A stretch of DNA of 64,000 bases, taken from assembly GCA_964035545.1 (NCBI GenBank), contig OZ037770.1, positions 11,428,463 to 11,492,462 of the forward strand, written 5' to 3'. This DNA comes from Bugula neritina. Lineage: Eukaryota; Animalia; Bryozoa. Both the position numbers and the translations under genes were made by a program. The notes under the pieces are model-generated. The model was not told the origin of the DNA and did no database searches. It saw only the letters and a program-made list of their open reading frames with translations. Positions 13,225 to 24,514 of this stretch are shown piece by piece. The number at the start of each line of letters is the position of its first letter. Position 1 is the first letter of the stretch.

Positions 13225-15250
13225 ATACTCATACTCATACTGTTTCACACAGTCTCACTCACTTGACTCATAGTGATAGTCAGTGACAGTCACACTGACA
13301 CTCACTTACAGTGCCACGTCTAGTCTTGCTGTCACACTCACTGCCACAGTGTTTTGATAATGACAATCACAATGATTATGATAACATTTCTCATCATCAT
13401 CAACTGCAAGATACTTGTGATTTAGTTACTATTTGTCAGTCTCGTGATCATCTTCTTCTTGAGTTTGTACTTTACGTTCTCATGATGATGATGCTGGTTA
13501 TCATAGTCATAATCATAATGATGTTGAAGTTTAAATTATCAAATGATACAAATTAAAGTATTAGTAAAGCATATGTTTCGTAATTTTATAAAACTGCTCA
13601 ACAGAACTTATTAAACTTACAGGCTTCTACTGTAGACTGTAGAGGTAGATGCAGTAACAGAAGCATTAGAAACCACGTATATTCATACTTATTTACAATA
13701 GAACAATTTCAACTTCTCCACATTGTATTGAATGTCAATAAAATGTATCATTTTTTGGAATATTGAGTGAATTGCAAGGAAAATCTAATTCCAGAACCTT
13801 TAAAATATTTATTGGCTATTAGTATCAATTCTTAGAATATTTATTAAGTGGACTCCTCTTATTAATTTTTTTATTATGTAATAGCTCTGGACCATTATCT
13901 GCAGGTACTGCAGTATGCAAATGTGTATTTAAATCATGGTATTACAATATATAGTTTATTATACAGCAAGGGTTCATTATTGAAAAGATCGTTTTTAAGT
14001 TTTAGAGAGTGCTTAAAATACATTATATCAGCACTGCAGTTTTATAGTTGAGTCACATTCTACAATCTTTAAAGATATTAAATAGTGAGTCAGAAGAGAC
14101 AAACATAGACTACTAAATTCTCTCATTACAGTGAACTACATGGGATCTGAATACACTGTATAATATGTTCTCCTGTTTTATAATATAGAGTTGAGTGAAA
14201 TGGCTGCAGCAGAAGAAGTTGAGTGTGGATTCTGTTTACTAAAAGAAGGTTTAGAGAATCCCAAATGTCTACCATGTGGTCATGTACACTGTTTACTATG
14301 TCTTACCCGTAATGTTGATGTGAATGACATGATCAGGTGTCCCTGGTGTAGGTAAGTTAGTTTCGTATAGGCAGATCTGAGACATATTGTTGGTAGAAAA
14401 ATAGTGATTTACATCATGTGTTTTAACTTATACTGAATTTTTACATTACGTTTTATATATTTTTAATTACTACTGAATAATCATGTGTCTTGTCACAGGG
14501 AAGTGTTTGATGTGAGAGTAGAGAGTCTTCCATCTGCTGATGTAAAGGACAACTCCGTATCATGTGACGTGTGCACTAAGAAAGGGCTGAAAAAAGTACC
14601 AGCAGTCATATACTGTACTGTGTGCCGTAAACTCTTCTGCAGAAAACATGATGAGGTGATACTTTCATTAAATACTTCTTCAGTTGATATTCAACACTGC
14701 ATACTCTAACTCAGCCTCTGATTACATATTGGTGTACTTGAATGTTGATTTATAAGAAAGCACTGAGAGATCATGTTTCACTTTTATCTGTTTTATCTGC
14801 TCTTATGTAAACTGCACATTTATTTTTAGACTTTGCGTTAGTGGGATTTTTTTATGTTCCTATAAATATTTGTAAATGTTTATATCATGTATTTGCAAGT
14901 TTTGTTTCTTTTCCACTAGATGAATAGTTGTGTTATATTTCTCAGTAAATATATATTCTGTTATATACAGTCACATGATGACACTAATGATGACCACCAG
15001 AAGATGACCATCTCGGACTACAGGATACAAGCCAAGAGACTGGAGAAAAGAGTTTGTCCCAAACACACAGCATATCCCTACATACAAGGATGTAGAGCCT
15101 GTCTTCAGTTATTCTGTATGCAGTGCACATCTCAGACTAACTTTTGTGTTGGAGGTAAAAGAATCTACTGAAAGTTATTTGCTAAACATTGGGAAATTTG
15201 ACAAACTATATTACTACCTCAGTAACTCTTGTAATAAAGCTGCCTCCTCT

Positions 15251-15311
15251 AGGAATCAAACTTCAGTCCTCCAACTAGCAAGCTAACGTGCTACCCATTG
15301 CACTATGAGGG
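15251..15311 (-). mobile_element. Degenerate tRNA-derived SINE head
   Basis: Minus strand shows A-box-like TAGTGCAATGGGTAGCAC and B-box-like GTTTGATTCC; no complete cloverleaf. Confidence 0.35.
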
Positions 15312-16909
15312 CTACTAGGGTATCACAACACTAGAAATCTGAAGCTAGTATAGAGAGATGGTGTACTAACTTTACTTATGGTAGAATTATCTAACTCGTT
15401 ATTTTTAAACTAGAGATTCAGCAGTAGGCAAATCATTCTTAAATTTTAAAATGTAGGCGATTGAACATTTAAGATAAAAATTAGAAATAATGAATGTAGG
15501 GCAATAGTAAGGCATTCATGATGATATATAATAATAATTATTTATGTAGCTATTATTATGTCTATTAGTATAGATAGAAATTTCCAATTTTGTCAAGTCT
15601 GCACAATTAATGCAAAAGTTGTACAAGTAGTGGTTATGAGTGCTGTATTCCGTCAAATCTGAGTGAATTTTTGTAAATTCAAATGTCACTCACTTATACA
15701 GCCTGTCTAAGCTTTGTCACGATTTTGCCACGGTGAAGTTTAGTTTTTATTTTCATTTTAGACTCACCACATCACATGGTTAATCTAGATGACTTAATCA
15801 AAGAGCTTATCAATATAGATGATCTTCTCACCACTGAAGACAAGATGTCTGCTTTCTTCAAACACCTTTCTAAAACTGTGTCAGACTTTGATAATGAGAC
15901 GGAGGAATTGCTGAATATTCTTCATACACAGCGTGATGAACAGGTTGTGTGTTTATAGATAATACTTTCTGTTACTCTGTAATCTACATTCTGTATTCAG
16001 GTGTTAGTAAAGCATTGTAATACTAATATTTAAGAGTAACAGTTAGGTGACTAGCTACTATTCTGAGTAAATTAAAACTCTATACTTGGTTAAAATATGT
16101 GATTTTTACAACTCAATTTTTTATGGAATGTTTTCTCTAATGTGTTGTCCATTTTTTACAATGTGATGATACAATGTATGATGTAGTTGAGTGAAGTGAG
16201 ACTAAAGTATGAGAAACTGGAGAAGGAATTCTTAGCTAGTAGAAAGAAGACTAACGAGGAACTGAACAGATACATGGAGAGAGAAGTTGAAACTGTTTTG
16301 TCTCAACTGACTAACAATAGAATGAAGATAGAAGCTCAACTTAGACAAAACCAACCGGTTAGCAGTGTTCACCATCTGTTAATGAAATATGTATATAATC
16401 TTGTTTTCTTTCTCCCAATCTCTAATCATTTACTTTCTTCACACCAGTCTTGATCATTTACTTCTTTTACAGCGTCATGATTTTGTGCAAAAGTGTAAAC
16501 AATCTGCAAGCTATGACATCATAGCTGTATAGTTATGACATCATGATTATACAATTTTGTCAGCCCAAGTAAAGTTATAGAGCTTAAAATTTGGCTTAAA
16601 GCAAGATCTAAATTTGTGAATGTCACAATTTCCACCTCCAAATTTCACCTTACAACTACACTTTAAAATAGAATATTATGCGTAGTTTATATTAGTATCT
16701 GTTTGTTACCACATTTGTGTTCTGTGTGTACCATATGTATTCTAATTGCGTAACGTTATGTAAACATACACAGCGCTGAGGTCTCTAATTAGGTGAAGTT
16801 ATCTCCACATAACTCTGTATGCTGTTTGTTATATACTGTAGGTGGATCTGGTTGAAGGATTTGCAGAGATTAAAGAGAGAATACAGAGACTGATATCTGT
16901 TGAGATACC

Positions 16910-17420
16910 TAAACTAGAGCTGTGTGATGTCATGTCTCTAAAGGTCAAAGGTTAGTATACTAAACTAGAGCTGTGTGATGTGATGTTTCTAGAGGTCAAG
17001 GGTTAGTATACTGAACTAGAGCTATGTGATGTCATGCCTCTGCAGGTCAAAGGTAAGTATACTCAACTAGAGCTGTGTGATGTCATGTCTCTAAAGGTCA
17101 AAGGTTAGTATACTAAACTAGAGCTGTGTGATGTGATGTTTCTAGAGGTCAAGGGTTAGTATACTGAACTAGAGCTATGTGATGTCATGCCTCTGCAGGT
17201 CAAAGGTAAGTAAACTCAACTAGAGCTGTGTGATGTCATGTCTCTAAAGGTCAAAGGTTAGTATACTAAACTAGAGCTGTGTGATGTGATGTTTCTAGAG
17301 GTCAAAGGTTAGTATACTAAACTAGAGCTGTGTGATGTCATGTCTCTAGAGGTCAAAGGTAAGTATACTCAACTAGAGCTGTGTGATGTGATGTTTCTAA
17401 AGATCAAAGGTTAATATACT
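16910..17420 (+). repeat. 51-bp exon-6 donor repeat, 10 units with 3-unit higher-order structure, copy 2
   Basis: Variant order A-B-C-A-B-C-A-B'-C'-B''. Confidence 0.95.
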
Positions 17421-17988
17421 AGACTGTAAAATTCTTGTACTGGTGCACTTTTGTTAAAATATTTAAAATAATCATGTATCTGCATCGAATCTGATAAGTG
17501 CTCTTCATGTGTGTGAAACTGCTGGTTAGAAAATTTGAATATCTGTTGAAATAGCCCTGTGTGTAGGTTTACTCAGAGTTTCTATTAATAGAATTTATTC
17601 ACATACTTACTTTTATATGACATACATATTATATATACAGAATCACCTATATATAAGTATACACACATACACACATATTCACATGTATATTGTAGAAGAG
17701 AAGAGAGACATGGAAGTAGACTTGCTTCCTGCAGCAGACATGATTACCAGTTTAGATCTTCCTAAATCTCTCAAACTCTTACAGTCTGTTGATGTTTCTA
17801 GTTACTGTAGTTCTGTCTGTAAATATGAGGGCAACACTTATGTAGGGCTGAGTAGTGGTGCAGGGATAGACAGAATAAATGAGAGTTTCAGTGTTTTCAA
17901 GTCTTTTATTTCTCTTACCAACTCTGTAGCTGGAGTCACAGTACATAGGAACAAGATGTATGCTCTACAGTATATCAGCAGCACTAAT

Positions 17989-20428
17989 AGAGGCTTTTCA
18001 CAAGCCCTTTGGGGACATTTGTATTTTGAAGTTGTCTCCTCCCAAACGGGCGAAGTGTAGTCTCCATGATATATAGAACAAGCACATAAAATCAGTAGAA
18101 ATTTAAGGTTTGTGTGAAGACTATTGCTAGTACGAGTTTCATTTTTTCTGAGATTATTATTTTGGCATAAGCACACAGGTTAGCAGTTCCAGAAAAATTT
18201 TAAAAATTTTCTTTCTTCAAAAATCTTGAGAGAAATTAACTTCAAAGCATGTTTGTGGTTTTGGTTACTGCATGAGCAAGCTGAATTGGCAGCTATGAGA
18301 TAAGTCCCATTAATCATTTGTTATGCTGGCTGTCATATTCAATTTATAGCTGTTGACCTTTCAACTCTTTGGTCAGAATGTGCTGTTAACACAGTGTGAA
18401 AGCACTGCTACTCTGCTAGTGCACTGAATGAGACAGCAGATTAGCTGTGTTAGCCTTTTTATTACACTTACACGCTTATGCTATGAGAATAGCTAGACTA
18501 TTACCTCAACATCCATCATTTTCACAAAAAGCATTCTCACAAAGCTATAGATATATATTAAATAGACAGATTTAATTTTGTAGTATGGAACGAATATGAA
18601 ATGTGCTTTGATACATGTCGGTTAATTTTCTAATACAGGTTAAATGCATCTATTGCAATTGTAACAATTGTGCTCAAATAAATATATATCTAGATAATTT
18701 AATCAAAAACCGAGATAGCCTTTTAGCAGTTAGCATTCAGGCCCTTGTGTTACAGCTTTGTTATTTCTTAATTATGCATGTGGCTTGTAGCATTTAGGAG
18801 CATGCAGTAGTGAAGAAATTGAGATAGATTAAGTTCTTTAACTTTCGTTACAAATGTTGGTGTTGCGTATAACACAACTTTTTTGCTACATTTCTAATCT
18901 AGAACAAAGGCTTTTCTCAATTTCTCCATTAGTACTGCATCTACCTCGTGTGTAGTAGTCATCTCCGTCAACTGCGGTAGATTCAAGATCCTAGTTAATG
19001 TATGGTATGTTAAAATATAGTTATATAATAAAATGGATATACAATATAAAATAGGTAAACTAAGCTAATCACTACTGCACCTGAAAGCCCAAGTTTCCCA
19101 ACTCATCAAATTGCAGCATAAACTGAATTCTCTGAAAATTACTTTAGAAGGAAATTCTGGTTGAAAAGTATTAAGCAGATTCTTACAAGTGAAGCAGTGA
19201 AAGCATGTTGATAAAATTGGGTAATTAACATTTTGCTTGGGTTTTCAGTTAAACTGTTTAATGTTATAGCTCCTCAACTTCTCATGCTTCAAATATCATG
19301 AGCTAGTGTTATTGACACTCAACTGCAGTTATACAACTAGCTTGGCTGATCCCATGGGTCACAAAATGTTATAAAATATAAAGCCTTTCTTAAATTTGAG
19401 ACTCATATTTGAATGACATAAAATTTTAGAGGTTGGCTATAAGTCACGACAGCACCAATTAGAATATTACAGGTATTATCTTAAAATAGGCATGAGCGAG
19501 GATATGTAAGTTAAAATCAAGTATAACATTTCAATTAAATCTTTTAAATAAAACTATTAGACCTGTTGTAAAATATGCAATGAAGATTTAGAGCCGATAA
19601 AATATTTCAAGATGGATCGATACTGAATAAAAAGATGCCTGCCTAAATATAAAGTGTTTTTAATAAATTTTTGCATAAACTGAGCTTTGCTTTTTTTGGT
19701 AATATTTTTCTTTTAAAGAAGTTTTTAGCCATAACATGAAACTATGTAAGGCATTTACGGTCCTTTGAACATAATGTAGCACAAACTCTTCAAAGTGTAA
19801 TTAAGTGCACATGCTATCACACATCATTTTGATACTACAAATTTAATCTGTCTATTTAATATATATCTATAGCTTTGTGAAAATGCTTTTTGGGAAAATG
19901 ATGGATGTTGAGGTAATAGTCTAGCTATTCTCATAGCATAAGCGTGTAAGTGTAATAAAAATGCTAACACAGCTAATCTGCTGTCTCATTCAGTGCACTA
20001 GCAGAGTAGCAGTGCTTTCACACTGTGTTAACAGCACATTCTGACCAAAGAGTTGAAAGGTCAACAGCTATAAATTGAATATGACAGCCAGCATAACAAA
20101 TGATTAATGGGACTTATCTCATAGTTGCCAATTCAGCTTGCTCATGCAGTAACCAAAACCACAAACATGCTTTGAAGTTAATTTCTCTCAAGATTTTTGA
20201 AGAAAGAAAATTTTTAAAATTTTTCTGGAACTGCTAACCTGTGTGCTTATGCCAAAATAATAATCTCAGAAAAAATGAAACTCGTACTAGCAATAGTCTT
20301 CACACAAACCTTAAATTTCTACTGATTTTATGTGCTTGTTCTATATATCATGGAGACTACACTTCGCCCGTTTGGGAGGAGACAACTTCAAAATACAAAT
20401 GTCCCCAAAGGGCTTGTGAAAAGCCTCT
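17989..20428. mobile_element. Non-autonomous foldback DNA transposon (2440 bp, about 600-bp TIRs, AT TSD; ISL2EU/PHIS-like)
   Basis: 17989-18586 is the near-perfect reverse complement of 19832-20428 (AGAGGCTTTTCACAAG...CTTGTGAAAAGCCTCT). Paralog empty site ACTAATTGGGAGG shows an AT duplication. No transposase ORF; superfamily is inferred from the TSD and termini only. Confidence 0.9.
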
Positions 20429-20904
20429 ATTGGGAGGTACATGTGTATGATCTTACTGGGAAACAGGTGACCAGCTGGTCTCACCATGATAGTAGTTACG
20501 GTGTAAACAAACTTGTTATTGTTAATGATCAGGTTGTAGTTCCTGATAGACACAGTAAAAGACTTACAACCTACTCTCTTACTGGGGAGGTAATTAAGCA
20601 TGTGTCATGCTCTTTACTCAGCAGTAGTGATACAGTAATATGTGCAGCAGACAGACATTGTGTAGTAGTTTCTGACTCTGATTCCTCTAAAGTATTTAAA
20701 TTAGACTTGACAACAGAGAAAGTCATCTGGACATGCAAGGATGTATCTGAACCACAAGGTGTGACATGCTATAGAAGTAAATATATTTTTGTGACTAACT
20801 GCAGCAGTAAAACCACCATCTGGATACTGGATGTGGAGACAGGTTAGTTTTACATTGGTTAGTTGACTACAGTTCCTAATATATTAGTATTTCTCAAAGT
20901 CTTA

Positions 20905-21354
20905 GTGTAGCGCCACACGACGCGTTTTTACACGTTCGTGACGTGCGAGAATACACACTAGTGACCTGCCACACACAGTGTGTATGTTGTGAGTGCAAAA
21001 ATCTATTAGCCAATGATGTCAGCATTAAAGTTTACTGCTTGCCTACAGACATTTGTTTTTAAAATGACGTCATCGGCAAAGTGACTTGATTAAATTAGAT
21101 ATTATAAAAGCGGAAATGCAAATTATATGAAACTGTTTTAATTCAGTTTGCTAAAAGCTAAAACGTGAATTGAAATAAAAAAAAATGCTCGGTAAATGAT
21201 AATAAGCCAGTTAGATCAAAAATGCACGAGCTTGCCACTGAGCTCGCTCAGCATGCTAGACGCATGAAAATCCCGCTCCTGACGTCCAATTTTCGGGCTG
21301 AACGATATTTCTCCCGCGTCACGCGCGTGTAAAGCGCGTCGTGTGGCCCTACAC
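20905..21354. mobile_element. Harbinger/Tourist-like MITE (450 bp) in copy 2 intron 7
   Basis: TTA TSD; about 48-bp imperfect TIR GTGTAG(C/G)GCCACACGACGCG; absent from copies 1, 4 and 5. Confidence 0.85.
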
Positions 21355-22835
21355 TTACACTATAAATATCCTATGCTAAGTACCAGTGATGACACACTAA
21401 TACATCATTTCCTGTTGCAGGTGCACTACTTTCTAAAGTAGAAGATCCAACTGATAGAGATAGGACTTATGTGTATGATCTTCATGTGTATAAAGACACT
21501 CTGATTGTACCTAGATTCAATGAGAAGAAAGTTCTGTTTTACCAACTAAACTAAACAGGTGTGTGACAGGATATTATTCCATCTTGTGGTACATTTATTA
21601 TATTGTTTATCACACTAGACTCTGTTTGAATACATCTGGTGCTCAACTCTGTGTTTTCTACTAATGTACATATTTGTGATGATATGTCTGAGATGTACAA
21701 CTTCTACATATACACTGTGTCTGTTATTTCTAGATGATTCTCAAAGTTGACTCTGTAGACTGAGTTCTTCAACACAGAGCTATGATAGAGTGTGGGAGGC
21801 TATATGACGTCCCAGTAACTAACTTATACACCTAAACCTAACTAATTTCAAGAAATAATTTATTATCACTTGTACCAAACAGCCTTTTCCACACAACCTG
21901 CAAGACTTCACGGTATTAACTAGCCTGTAACTTTATATATCTAACATGATTTGTATTGAATGGTCATGTAGAGATCAATGTGATCCTCATGGTATCTCTA
22001 AGTCTAAATTTACTAAAAACTGAAATATTTTTATATCACAATGTTTACTATTAATTGCCATCAAATACTAACCACTACTGCTACTTTCATTTTACTTTAT
22101 ACTTTATATACTAGTTTCAATTCACTGTATTTGTATATGTCAAGTTTTTATTTTATATAATGCATTCTATAACCTGTTTGATATTGTGTGATCATCTCAT
22201 CATTTGATTGGCTGTCATAGAATATAATAGTCAAAGTGATTAATTATTCCAGTATATTCTATAAACAGTGAATAAATTAAAGTAACTATGGTTACTAATG
22301 GCAAAATATTTTACAATAAACACATCACCATGTCTTATTTCTGTAAAATAGTTTACAGCAGTTCTACTCTGTGTAGAGTATAACATTAGCAATGCTGTAG
22401 TTACTTGTAGATGCAGAGTTGTAGATTCTTACTTGAGTTAGAACTTGGGTTATTAGAGAAGTTGGCTTACCTTGACATCTTGCTATCAGCAAATATACCA
22501 TGTAGACCACCTTTTATTCATGTTCAGTAAAATGTTTATAATGTATAGAAAGAAAATTACTATTAAAATATTGGTAAAGCATGTAAATTCTTGCTCATGT
22601 TGGGTTATTGGATAAGCAAAGTGCTTTTACGTCTTGCTATTAGAAAAATTGTCATAAATTGATCATTGCTTTAACATAGGATGACTAAGAGTTATGTAAT
22701 ACACCACTTTTATACATGCCCAGCCAGTTTCAAGGGCATGCATGAGATGGACACAAATCAAAGCTGATGTCAAGTAAAACGTTGCTTTATTGCGGCTGGA
22801 GACAAAACTGATACTTCGGAATAAATAATTATAAA

Positions 22836-22837
22836 TA

Positions 22838-22882
<45 letters not shown>

Positions 22883-22885
22883 ATA
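22836..22885. repeat. (TA)n microsatellite
   Basis: Run of TA dinucleotides. Confidence 0.9.
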
Positions 22886-24514
22886 ATAAATAATATTTTA
22901 TATCTCGGACTGATTTTTTTAAATAAATAATTAGAGCTCAAAATTTGTACTAATATCCATATCATGTAACAGAAATTTAAATCTCTCCATCTCTCTAACT
23001 ATAATATATGTTATACAGTAATATATACCTTTTGAAATATTTCTATTAAATAGATCTATACACAGTATTTGATTTAATTATTAACTAATATAACTAGACA
23101 GTCTAGCATAAGTTACCTGCATAAGTTACCTGCACAAGTTACCTGCATAAGTTCCAGCCATACTTACAGGTTTCTCCTGCATCATGCTAGTGAATTTATA
23201 TGTTTTACAACTGCATAAATGTTTTATATAAGCTTAGTGCAAAAGTGCTAAATAAACGAGCAATGGCTCTACATATAGTTATTTTAGACTATAAGATGAT
23301 CACTATAATATTGAAATAAAAATTGAGTTTTGAGAACTTGTTTTGAGTTGTGGGCAAAGGCTGACTTCATAGCATAACATGTACGAAACTACTTCTATTT
23401 GTGACAGTTTGATGCATAAAACGCAGCTGTTTATGCTTGTATTGTTGTAAGGGTTTATTTACATAACACAGAGTGCAAATTATAGTTTTATTTGGAGCTG
23501 TATGTCGCTTGGTCACGTGGCCGTTTAACCATAGAGACATGTCATTGTGATGTGCAGCTAGAATCGTCCCCGAGCAATTATCAATTTTAACTTCAGTAAT
23601 ATTTGTACAAAAACAAGAGGGGGTAACCCTTAGAACAAAAAAATTCAGCTAGTTTGACGTCATTTCCGAAAGAGGCGTTTTACTGTTCCGGGCAAAGTTC
23701 TACTTTGAGTTTGACTGCAAATCGCGAAAGGAAGCTGTCCTTGGAGTCAAGCTCTTGCCCGAAGAACAGGGTATCAGTTGAAGATTCTCTCTGTTACAAG
23801 GCTCCATTGTGTGAGATTGGGAACTTGAGCAAAACGTAGGTTAGTTTGATTTGCATTAATATAATTCTACTACGTGCTACCATAAGTGTGAGGGTGTCAT
23901 TCAGTTTCAGTTAGACAAAAGAATACTTCTGAATATCTTTAAATACCTTTGAGTTTGAAAACATAGAACATTTGGGAACACTCTAGGTTATGGAAGTGTC
24001 TCATTTTTTTTACTGCGTGGAGGGGTGTTAGGTGATACTTATGTTGATTTTTATTTTATATGCTTTCTCTGGTGTATCTTATGGTTTCTTGAAAAGCTGA
24101 CTGCCAAGGTGCACTTCTGAGTTTGTGTATTTAGATTTTAGTTAACCGCGAGCAGCAGACCTAGTGTTTATTGACATGTTTTGGTGACCTCCTGTGATCT
24201 CACCATATGCTATATGCCAAATTTGAGTGTTGTTGTTCTTTGTGTAAAATGAGCATAAGAAGATTGAGTCGGTGAGTCTTTCGTCTCTGTTTTGAGAGAC
24301 TGAAGGTCAAGCTGAGAGCATACCTCGGTGACACTTTCTCGTCCCTTTAATCCAGCAATATATCTAACCACCCTGTGCTGTAGCATTTCTAGAGACTCAA
24401 TGTCAGAAGAAACACAAACATAAACTACTAAATGATCTCATTACAGTGAACTACATGGGATCTGAATACACTTTATAATATGTTCTCCTGTTTTATAATA
24501 TAGAGTTGAGTGAA

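Larger units (their letters stand above)
14200..21554 (+). pseudogene. TRIM-NHL-like copy 2, exon 7 interrupted by a DNA transposon
   Basis: Exons 14200-14351, 14499-14655, 14971-15154, 15762-15943, 16187-16357, 16842-16950, 17696-20842 (insertion 17989-20428), 21421-21554. Read-through into the element stops at 18060. The remaining exons are open. Confidence 0.82.

Noticed and set aside
13311-13556. Hydrophobic ORFs ending MMMMLVIIV..KFKLSNDTN (also 33044, 50957, 59381)
   Set aside because: Derived from CAT/GAT-rich low-complexity sequence; non-ATG starts and N-terminal frames differ among paralogs.
17838-20450. Identical 60-aa peptides on opposite strands (MCLCQNNN...)
   Set aside because: A simple consequence of the 600-bp TIRs.
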